64,000 nt of DNA from Myxococcota bacterium (GTDB taxonomy: Bacteria > Myxococcota_A > UBA796 > SXON01). Numbering within the stretch: position 1 is the stretch's first letter; every line of letters begins with the position of its first letter. Location: positions 222,298-286,297 of the forward strand of contig JAZKFH010000005.1 in NCBI GenBank assembly GCA_040386535.1, given 5' to 3'. The position numbers and the translations under genes were made by a program. Below are positions 7,469 to 15,406 of the stretch, one piece after another. The notes under the pieces were generated by a model. It had not been told where the DNA came from. It did no database searches and worked only from the letters and a program-made list of their open reading frames with translations.

Positions 7469-9774
7469 CACGCACCTCGCCACGCGCGGACCGCGTCGGG
7501 CAGGCGGGAGAGGAACGCCTCGAGCTCGTCCGCATCGCCGGGGATCGGGGCGCCCGCCGCCGCAAGGCGGTCCAGCGCCTCCAGTGCGTCGAGTCCGTGG
7601 TCCACCGCCTCGTCGATGCCGGCGTCCCCCCAGGCAGCGAGTCCGAGGAGCGTGTCACGCAGGCCCGCGATGCGCTCCCGAAGCTCCCGTCGCTGGCTCG
7701 CGACCCGCGCCTCCCGCGCCCGAAGCTCGTCCGCAACGGGCCGACCTTCAGAGAGGGCCCTGGCGAGCACCACGCCGCGAACCTGCGCGGTCGTCTCGGC
7801 AGCGCCATCGTGGGCCGCGGTGGCTCTTGTTGCCCGCGGCGCCTGGCCCTCCCGACCATGCAGGAGCGGCAGCGTCGCCTCGACGACCGCCCCCGGCTGC
7901 TCTGAGTGGGCGAGCGTCGCCCAAATCGTGTCGCCCCGCCGCGTCGTCACGCCGTCGGCGCAGGCGAGTACGGGGGTCGGCCAGCGGAAGAGCGCGTCGA
8001 TGTCGAGGAACAGCGTGTTCCCTCCCCGCCGAAGCGAAGGACGCGGCGGCGTGTCTCGGCCGTCCCACGCCAGCGCCCGGGTGAGCTGCTGTCCGTCGAG
8101 GAGCCGGGGCAGATCATCGAGCAGCGCGAGGGCAACGTCTCGTACCGGGCGTTCAACGAGGTTGGGTGCATAGGGCCACACGGCCTCGGCCTTCTCCACT
8201 GGCGCGTCGGTGAGGTCGTAGTAGGCGTCAAAGAGCGGCGGCGGCGCCGGCGGCGGCTCCCAGGCCGCGTCGGGGCCGAGGGTAGCCATCCGCGCGACGT
8301 TCGCCGCGAGGTCGTGAAGCTGCCCCCCGAGGCTGTCGAGCCCCGGCACCGGCGGATCCCCGGTAAAGGTGCCGATGACGACGGCCCGGTGCGGCAGGGT
8401 GGACCAGTACCGGGCCACTCGAAAGAGCAGATGGGTGCGGCGGCGGATCACACCGTCCTCTCCAAGCTGCTGGAATGCGAGATCGTCGTCCACCATCCAC
8501 ACCACCATCGGGTGGCGCGCCGGGTGTGGCAGCCCAGCGACGGGAGCGTCGAGGTGTGCGCGGATCGCCGCGAGCTGAGCCTCACGAGCCGCGCCGATGG
8601 GGACGGGTAGCCGCTCGTCGAGCGCCGGGAGTACACCGACCCGGGCGGCGCGTTCCAGCGCCGGCCGGAGCGAAGCGATGGGGACGCGGTGGACCGGCAG
8701 ATTCGGGCGCTCCTCGACGGTCGCCGTCGCGTCGGGCGGGTGGTTCTCCACGAGCAGGACCCCGACGTGACCCGGGTAGCCGGACGCGCGCACCTCCTCG
8801 GCCAGCGTGTCCAGCAGGCGACGCACGGATGCGCCACGTCCGACCGTTGGGAGGGAGACGAGGACGTCGGGCACCTCCGATCGGGTCGGCGGCTCGACGT
8901 GCGCGCTCTCCTCGATGTGCCCGCGCCCCAGCGCGAGCCAGCGCGGCTCGTCGCCGAACAGCTCCGGCCGGCGGCGCGCAAGCACAGCGATGGCGTCCTC
9001 CACCAGCCTCCGCGGGAGCCCGAACCGCTCGACCAGCAGCGCGCTGACCGCCTCGCGACCGACGACCCGACGGACCGAGCGCCCAAAGGGGGTGTCTCGC
9101 GCGTACTCGCCGTCCCGCAGGGTGAGCACGACGTCGGGCTGGATGCGCACGGCACGCAGGCTCGACAGGAACGGCCCGAACCCGGCCTGGGTGTAGTGGG
9201 CGCGCACCATCGGCGTGAACTCGTCGTACGCGCGGGGGGTCGGATCGAGGATGTAGACGGTCTTGGTGCCCCCGTCGCCGAGGTGGCGCGTCAACGTCGG
9301 GCCGGCGGGGGCGCGCGGGTCGAAGCGGAAGCGCCATCCGTGGAAGGACTGCTCCTGCACGGGGCCATCGAGGTCCCACGGGCGCAGGTAGGGGTGCCCG
9401 TTCCCCACGTCGCACAGGAAGCGGCACCCGTCGGCCTGCGCGAGACAGACGAAGTGATCGCCGGGCTCGCGCACGGTGGCCGCCGCGAGCCGGGCATCGA
9501 AGCCCAGCGACTGGAGCAGCGCGGCGAACGGAGGCGTGGTGCGGTCGCAGTTGCCGCCGACACCGGCGATGGCCTCGTCCACGACTTTCTCCAGCGCCGT
9601 GAGGCCCCACGACCGCCCGTCGTTCGCGAGGAGCAGCAGGTTGTGGAAGGGCACAGCCATGAGGTGTGCCGCCTGCAAGGCGGCGAGCCCCGCGCGGTCG
9701 TGGCGCACCCCGGGAGCGCCGAGGCGGGCCAGATACGCGTCCACCCTGTCGGAGTCGAGCGTCGGAAGCCTCAC
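7465..9774 (-). CDS. Arylamine N-acetyltransferase domain fused to a GT-A-like (DxD) domain
   Basis: N-terminal NAT motifs AHLMAVPFHNL, GGNC (Cys), DHF (His) and CDVGNG (Asp). C-terminal VLVSLPTVGR...LLVEN...WMVDDDLAF resembles a GT2/GT-A core. GTG at 9774 overlaps the stop at 9771. Confidence 0.75.
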   Translation of the reverse strand: MRLPTLDSDRVDAYLARLGAPGVRHDRAGLAALQAAHLMAVPFHNLLLLANDGRSWGLTALEKVVDEAIAGVGGNCDRTTPPFAALLQSLGFDARLAAATVREPGDHFVCLAQADGCRFLCDVGNGHPYLRPWDLDGPVQEQSFHGWRFRFDPRAPAGPTLTRHLGDGGTKTVYILDPTPRAYDEFTPMVRAHYTQAGFGPFLSSLRAVRIQPDVVLTLRDGEYARDTPFGRSVRRVVGREAVSALLVERFGLPRRLVEDAIAVLARRRPELFGDEPRWLALGRGHIEESAHVEPPTRSEVPDVLVSLPTVGRGASVRRLLDTLAEEVRASGYPGHVGVLLVENHPPDATATVEERPNLPVHRVPIASLRPALERAARVGVLPALDERLPVPIGAAREAQLAAIRAHLDAPVAGLPHPARHPMVVWMVDDDLAFQQLGEDGVIRRRTHLLFRVARYWSTLPHRAVVIGTFTGDPPVPGLDSLGGQLHDLAANVARMATLGPDAAWEPPPAPPPLFDAYYDLTDAPVEKAEAVWPYAPNLVERPVRDVALALLDDLPRLLDGQQLTRALAWDGRDTPPRPSLRRGGNTLFLDIDALFRWPTPVLACADGVTTRRGDTIWATLAHSEQPGAVVEATLPLLHGREGQAPRATRATAAHDGAAETTAQVRGVVLARALSEGRPVADELRAREARVASQRRELRERIAGLRDTLLGLAAWGDAGIDEAVDHGLDALEALDRLAAAGAPIPGDADELEAFLSRLPDAVRAWRGAW

Positions 9775-11078
9775 GAAGTCCCCCGGGCAGCAGCGTCGAC
9801 CCACCGAAAGACGACGTCGAGCTCTGCTGCGTGGAGGGGAAACGTCCACGCCGGGAGCGACTCGTTGAGCCCGTGGATGCGCGCCCCGGAGTCGTTCACA
9901 CCCACGGCGAGGTAGCGTGCCCCCACCGGGAGGCTGTGGTTGAACGGGCAGCCTCCCTCGACCACGTTCTTGTTGAGGCCCCGGCACTCATGGCGGGCGG
10001 CGACGCCCCACCGCGAGGCGAGGCCGCACAGTGCGCGGAGGAGATCCTCGAACGCCGAGTCGGGGGGAAGGCTGGTGTCGCCCGCGCCCATCGTGCGGGC
10101 GAGGAGGCGCAGTGTGCCATCTTCGTGGTCGTGGTAGCCCGTCTCGTCGAGCCAGAGGGTCGGCCAAAGGTGGCGCATGACGCCGGGAAGCAGCGCATGC
10201 GCGACTGGCGATCCGGTCTCCTCCTCGCCCTGGATCAACCAGGTGATCGCAGGGGTGGACGGAAGCGCGGCAAGCGCGGCCAGGCGACACGCGAGCGGCC
10301 CCTTGTTGTCCGCCACACCTCGTGCGAACAGCCTTCCGCCGGCCTCGGTGAGTTCGCGTGGCGGGTGCGCCCACTTCTCCTCGCGACCATAGGGCGTCAC
10401 GTCGTAATGGCCGTACAGCACGACATGTCCGTTCAGCCCGCAAGCCTCACGGTGAGCCACGACGAGGGAACGGCCGTGCTCCTGCCCGATCAGCTCGACG
10501 CGGAAGCCGAGAATCCCCAGGCGGGTCGTGAGCCACTCCACGCACGCATCATGCTCGGTGCCGGTGGGGCTCGTGTCGAAGGCGGTGAGCGTCCGCAGCA
10601 CATCGAGCGTTTCGTCCGTGGGCCTGCTCTCCGACATCGCCACCGGGTCGTCGCCGAGGGCGAGGCCGTAGCGTTCGGTGACCGCCCGGCCGAAGTCGGC
10701 GCACACGAGGTCCCACAAGCCCTTGTTGCTGCCACCGTACACGTCGCGTCCCATGTGGGCGCGGTACGCCTTGCCACTGATGATGGCGACGCGAAAGGCG
10801 ACCTGGACCGCCGCGTGGTCGAGGGCGGGCAGCCCAAGCGTCCCGCGAGCGGCGTCCACTACGTTCCGCACGCCGTCACAGTTGTAGGCGCGGGCGAGCG
10901 CCTGCGTCGGCAACGCGTGGGCGCGGGCGCGCTCCTGGTCGTCGGCCTCCAGCATCGTCCACCACGCCACCTCTTCGCCGGGCTTCATGGGGTGGGTGAG
11001 CGCGTGGGCGACGGCGAGAACGCGGTGCAGCCCGTGCTTGAGGTGCGTCGAGCTCGCGTACATCTGGATGCGGTTCAT
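9771..11078 (-). CDS. M20/M25/M40 metallohydrolase with an unknown N-terminal domain of about 145 aa
   Basis: LYGHYDV, RGVADNKG, QGEEETGS and RIHGLNESL metal-ligand motifs. ATG at 11078 (ATGA overlap). Confidence 0.85.
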   Translation of the reverse strand: MNRIQMYASSTHLKHGLHRVLAVAHALTHPMKPGEEVAWWTMLEADDQERARAHALPTQALARAYNCDGVRNVVDAARGTLGLPALDHAAVQVAFRVAIISGKAYRAHMGRDVYGGSNKGLWDLVCADFGRAVTERYGLALGDDPVAMSESRPTDETLDVLRTLTAFDTSPTGTEHDACVEWLTTRLGILGFRVELIGQEHGRSLVVAHREACGLNGHVVLYGHYDVTPYGREEKWAHPPRELTEAGGRLFARGVADNKGPLACRLAALAALPSTPAITWLIQGEEETGSPVAHALLPGVMRHLWPTLWLDETGYHDHEDGTLRLLARTMGAGDTSLPPDSAFEDLLRALCGLASRWGVAARHECRGLNKNVVEGGCPFNHSLPVGARYLAVGVNDSGARIHGLNESLPAWTFPLHAAELDVVFRWVDAAARGTS

Positions 11079-11845
11079 GCCGCGCTCCCACGGCCGCCCA
11101 ACGTCGGGAAGGCGTTCTCGTTGAACACGGTGCCCGGTGGTACGGTGACGCGGCTCGACATCGGGTGCCAGCCGGCGCGTTCGGGGTCGAACGTGCAGGT
11201 CGCGTCGAGGTAGATGGTGATGTAGGCGCGCCGCCAGCCCGCCGTGACATTTGGCGGGCTCGAGTGCCACGACAGGCAATGGTGGAAGATCGCCGATCCC
11301 GCTGGCACCGGCACCGCCACCACCTCGGATTCGCGCTCCCCCCACACCTTCTCCTCGTTGAGGAAGTCGATGGAGCGGGTGATCGGCTCCTTGTGGCCGC
11401 CCGGCATGAAGCGCATCGCTCCGGACTCCACGGTCACATCATCCAGGGCGAGCCAGCAAGAGACGGCCCGGGGTTCACCCACAGGCCAGTTGGCGAGGTC
11501 GCGGTGCCAGGGGATGGTGCCGCCGCCCTGCGGAGGCTTCACGATCAGGTGGTCGTGAAACACGCGCACCCGCTCGCATCCGATGAGCTCGGCGGCGATG
11601 GCCGCGGCTCGCTGGTGGTGGAGCTGCGCCCGGAACATCGCGTTGTGCTCCCACACGTTCGTCCACTGGGACACGACGGCGAGGTACTCGTCGAGCGGGG
11701 TGTCGATGTCCTTGGCCCACGCGGCCGTCTGCTCCTCGAAGGCGCGGCGCAGGCGTGCAACTTGGTCCAGGGGGACGAGCGCCCGCACGGGTAGGTGGCC
11801 CTGTTCCTCGAACAGGGCGCGCTGCTGCGGGGTGATCTCAGGCAT
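11075..11845 (-). CDS. Phytanoyl-CoA dioxygenase (PhyH) family Fe(II)/2OG oxygenase
   Basis: PWHRD (HxD), VSCWLALDDVTVESGAMRFMPGGH, WHSSPPN and WRRA. ATG at 11845. Confidence 0.92.
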   Translation of the reverse strand: MPEITPQQRALFEEQGHLPVRALVPLDQVARLRRAFEEQTAAWAKDIDTPLDEYLAVVSQWTNVWEHNAMFRAQLHHQRAAAIAAELIGCERVRVFHDHLIVKPPQGGGTIPWHRDLANWPVGEPRAVSCWLALDDVTVESGAMRFMPGGHKEPITRSIDFLNEEKVWGERESEVVAVPVPAGSAIFHHCLSWHSSPPNVTAGWRRAYITIYLDATCTFDPERAGWHPMSSRVTVPPGTVFNENAFPTLGGRGSAA

Positions 11846-13292
11846 GGGAGAGCTCCGTGACGAGGGCGCCGTCGGGCACGATCTTGCAGAGGGGGTGGTT
11901 CGGCGCGTTCGCGTGGCTCCACCGCGCTCGCGGGGAGAGGAAGATGCAGGACCAGGCTGCGCGTTCCCCAGGCCGGCGCATCGCGGGCGAAGCATGGAAG
12001 GTGACCGGCGTGAACGCCACGGCGTCCCCGGCGGCGTACGTCGGGGCGAGCGCCGGCCAAGCGTCCGGGTCGAAAGCGAGGTCCGCGCCGTGGTCCTGGG
12101 GCGCGCCGTTGTGGAGGTCGACCACCGGCCGCGGGCCGAGCCGATGGCTCCCGACGGCGAAGCGGACCGCGCCGGACAGGCCGTCGGAGGGCTGAAGGGG
12201 CACCCAGAGCACCACGCCGAGCGGGCGATCCACCGGCCAGTACCCGAAGTCCTGATGCCACGGAAACTCCTTCTGGCCCTCGCGCTTCACCAAGAGAAGG
12301 TCCTGGAACAGCACGCCCGGCTCGCCGAGCAGCTCGGCCGCGAGCGGGCGCAGCGCGTCGGTGACGGCCCGGGTCGAGCCGGGCCCAGCGTACAGGAACG
12401 GGCTGAGCCACTGGTCCATGAGCGCCGTGAGAGGCGGCCGATTCCGCGGCGTCGGCCCGTGCGTGTAGAGCACCTGGCGGCTCATCGGGCGATGGTTGGC
12501 GCGGTTGGCGGCGACCGCCTCGCGCAGCGCGGCGAGCACCGGCGGCGCGACCACGTTCTTGAGGACGGCGACGCCCTCGACGGCGATCGCCTCCCGGGCC
12601 TCGAGCGCCGCCGCTGAGCCGGGATTCCCCAACGAAAGGGCAGGTGACGGTCCCATCACGGATCCTCGGTGCGGTGGAAGGAAGCCCCCCTCGCGGAGGA
12701 GAGCGAGCGTGGTTGCGAGCGCGAGGGCGGGGGACTGGCCCGACACGTCGAGAAGTAGCTGTCCACCAAAGGCCGCACCGCGATCCGCGCGCGTGAGCTC
12801 CGCGTGGACCAACTGCGCGAACCCCGGGGCCATCGTCTCGCGATCGACCGCGGTCGGCCCGCGGACTTCGAGACGCAGCCGGCGCTCCGGCTCATCGAGC
12901 GACACGAGAACCGACACGTCCGGCGAGGGAACTGCCCGTTCGACTGCGTCCAGATCCAGGGTGACCCCGCGGGCGCGGGCGTAGGCCACCGACGACAGCC
13001 AGTATCGGTCGATGATGACGTGCCGGCCCGCAGCGGTGAGCTCCCGCGCCTTCACTCCGAGCGCGCGGGCGCACGCCGCGTGGAACAGGCAGCGGGAAGT
13101 CGGGTCGTCGCCGAGCCCCGCGAACACGCTGTGCGCCACGGAGCGGGGGAGGCCCGGCATGGCGAGGGCCTCGGCCGACAACTCGGCCGTGAGCGCCGCG
13201 GCCAGCGTCGACTTCCCGACACCGTCCAGACCCTCCAGCGCGATCAGGAGCCCGGCGGGGCCGGAATTCGGTTCCGTGGGACACGGATTCAA
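11838..13292 (-). CDS. Thymidylate/CMPK2-like nucleoside monophosphate kinase fused to a PhyH Fe(II)/2OG dioxygenase
   Basis: N-terminal LIALEGLDGVGKST (P-loop), VIIDRYWLSSVAY and PDVSVLVSLDEPERRLRL. C-terminal PWHQDFGYWP, LWVPL and FHASP. TTG start overlaps the upstream stop. Confidence 0.88.
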   Translation of the reverse strand: MNPCPTEPNSGPAGLLIALEGLDGVGKSTLAAALTAELSAEALAMPGLPRSVAHSVFAGLGDDPTSRCLFHAACARALGVKARELTAAGRHVIIDRYWLSSVAYARARGVTLDLDAVERAVPSPDVSVLVSLDEPERRLRLEVRGPTAVDRETMAPGFAQLVHAELTRADRGAAFGGQLLLDVSGQSPALALATTLALLREGGFLPPHRGSVMGPSPALSLGNPGSAAALEAREAIAVEGVAVLKNVVAPPVLAALREAVAANRANHRPMSRQVLYTHGPTPRNRPPLTALMDQWLSPFLYAGPGSTRAVTDALRPLAAELLGEPGVLFQDLLLVKREGQKEFPWHQDFGYWPVDRPLGVVLWVPLQPSDGLSGAVRFAVGSHRLGPRPVVDLHNGAPQDHGADLAFDPDAWPALAPTYAAGDAVAFTPVTFHASPAMRRPGERAAWSCIFLSPRARWSHANAPNHPLCKIVPDGALVTELSHA

Positions 13293-13603
13293 CGACGGCT
13301 CGCGGCGATGCGGCGATGCGGAGCGCAGCGGCCGTGCGCCCGCAGCCGCTCGCGGTCGGGGCTCCGAACCACCGTCACGACGGTGCCGTCCCGGGCGATG
13401 ACGACCGCGAGGCCGACCGCGCGCTCGGGGATGCCGACCCCTGTGGTTCGGGCGTCACGCGCCTCCCGGCGGCCGAGGTGGTACGCGATGCGTCCGCCGC
13501 CTTGGCGGATCTCGTGTCCCCACTGCAGGGCGAGCTCGATATGATCGATGGGCACGCTGCGCTGAGCGCTGCGGCGGTTGGCGTGATTACTCCAGCTTTC
13601 CAT
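13289..13603 (-). CDS. Small DUF4258-like protein (RelE/BECR-like fold candidate)
   Basis: SNHANRRSAQRSV...ALQWG...AVVIARDGTVVTV pattern, with a GGAGG RBS at 13609-13613. Confidence 0.65.
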   Translation of the reverse strand: MESWSNHANRRSAQRSVPIDHIELALQWGHEIRQGGGRIAYHLGRREARDARTTGVGIPERAVGLAVVIARDGTVVTVVRSPDRERLRAHGRCAPHRRIAASRR

Positions 13604-13629
13604 CTGAACCTCCGTCTCCCGAGCAACAA

Positions 13630-13646
13630 TGCACTCCGCATGCCGG
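13630..13646 (-). promoter_or_regulatory. Putative sigma54 (-24/-12) promoter for the island operon
   Basis: Minus strand reads CCGGCATGCGGAGTGCA, an exact GG-N10-GC spacing, about 27 nt upstream of the first ATG. The operon encodes its own GAFTGA activator. Confidence 0.65.
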
Positions 13647-13749
13647 TCCGTTTACCAAGGTTTGCAGGTCGTCGAGTCTCACTATTGATGCAAGTTGAGC
13701 GCTTTTCCGAGATGACGCGCGGTCGGGACGACCGTGAGGCCACTCGCTG

Positions 13750-14316
13750 ATGTCAGACGCGCGAGCCGGCTGCCTGCGGACACCCGAACTGCTGCCGGCG
13801 TGTCCTGGCGGGCCGGTGCTCGTGTATGCGCTGTCGGGGCTCGGCAAGAGCACGCTCGCCACGTCGCATCCTGCGGACGTGCGAGACGCCGACGAGCTCC
13901 TCTACGCCGCCGTCGCGATGGGCTTCCCCGACCTCGACCCACGCGCCCGGCTACGTGCATGGCGGGACCTTTGCCGGCAACGCCCCTGGGCGGAGGGGGG
14001 CGAGGGCCTGCACCTTTGGGCGGCGGTGCGCCGCGCGTTCGTCAAGCCCTTCGTCGAGGCGATGCGCGAAGGTCGCCACCGCCTCGTGGTCACCAGCTTG
14101 CTCGAACCACCTTGGGTCGTGAGCGCCTACTACGGGATCGAGCACGGGGGCTACCTCACACATCTTCGGGCTGCGGGCCGGGACGCAGACAACCGGCAGT
14201 CCGAGGCGATGAACTACCAGCTGGAGGGGTACGCGCCTCTGGTCCGGCTCTCGCCGGGGAGTTTTCTCGGGGACCGGGAGGAGATCAGGAGGCTGCTGAG
14301 CGACGGCCGGTCGTAG
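13750..14316 (+). CDS. P-loop NTPase/kinase-like protein
   Basis: VLVYALSGLGKSTLA followed by DADEL, as in NMP/shikimate-kinase-like folds. Divergent from the operon. Confidence 0.65.
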   Translation: MSDARAGCLRTPELLPACPGGPVLVYALSGLGKSTLATSHPADVRDADELLYAAVAMGFPDLDPRARLRAWRDLCRQRPWAEGGEGLHLWAAVRRAFVKPFVEAMREGRHRLVVTSLLEPPWVVSAYYGIEHGGYLTHLRAAGRDADNRQSEAMNYQLEGYAPLVRLSPGSFLGDREEIRRLLSDGRS

Positions 14317-14587
14317 GGTCGGTTTGAAAAATGGTCCCGATGCGCCGCTTACGCGAGGCACCGGGCCCGACCCACCCCTGTCCCGTATGTGAGCGGCGTC
14401 GAGGCTCGTCACCTCGGGCTCCGCTCCCAAGAATACTGCCGGCGAACCAGCAGGAGCCGCTCGCGTCTCCGGCGCGCACCTGACGGTGGGCGACGGGGAG
14501 GCGGCCCTCCGAGGAGAGCACGGCAAGCGCCTTGATGGGGCGCGAGTAAACCAAGCTTTGTGGCTTTGGTTTGCTTTTGTGGGTTGT

Positions 14588-15124
14588 TCAGAAAGAAGGA
14601 AGGAAGACCACGCCCAGAACGTCGTACCCGTGCTCGACCAGGGCCTTCCGAAGGGTGAACGGTACCACGGCGCGGTCGTGGGGGCCTGCGGCGGGCAGAC
14701 GCTGTTCGATCTCGGCGATCAACTGCGCGACGTCGAAGGGCCCCGTGATCGTCGAGAGCCAGCGGGCGGCGTCTTCCTCGGCGATGACGTGAACGTCGGC
14801 ATTCCGCGCCTGTTCGCGCCAGGCTTCGAGGTCGAGCCCAGTGAGGTCCCGCAGATTCTGTTCCACCAGCCGGAAGGCGGCATCACCCACGGCGTGTACG
14901 AGCCATCGCCGCACCGGTTCGAGCACAACCTCCTTTCGCTCGCCGTGGCGCCCCTCCCGCCGCGTGACCTCCTTGGGCGTGCCGAGCACGTGGCGCCACA
15001 CCACGGCACCTTCGACCCGCACACAGTGCAGGGCAGAATCGGCAAAGGTCTCCCGCTCGGCCTCGACGATCCTGCCAACCCCACGGAACCGGACGGTCTC
15101 CGGACGGTAGCCCGCTTCAGTCAA
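14588..15124 (-). CDS. Hypothetical protein
   Basis: 178-aa ORF with globular-protein composition and no recognisable motif. Confidence 0.45.
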   Translation of the reverse strand: MTEAGYRPETVRFRGVGRIVEAERETFADSALHCVRVEGAVVWRHVLGTPKEVTRREGRHGERKEVVLEPVRRWLVHAVGDAAFRLVEQNLRDLTGLDLEAWREQARNADVHVIAEEDAARWLSTITGPFDVAQLIAEIEQRLPAAGPHDRAVVPFTLRKALVEHGYDVLGVVFLPSF

Positions 15125-15406
15125 CGCGGACGTGACGGAAGGACCTCCCCGACCATTCCACCCGTTTCAGAGCTTCCGCGAGATCATGATCCGTGATCGG
15201 CTCGTACGCGGCAGGCGGGTAGTCTCCGTGCCCGTCCGGCGCGAGCGGATCGGCGTCCACGACGACACCGTCCAGCGTCAGCCCCAGAGGCACGCCGCGG
15301 ATGCGGGTCCTGCTCGTCGATCTGGCCGCGGCCCTCCGCTCCGCCGCCTCTCGAACCTCTTTCTGAGCGACGAGCCCGCGCCTTCCCTGCGCGAGCATGG
15401 CTCCCG

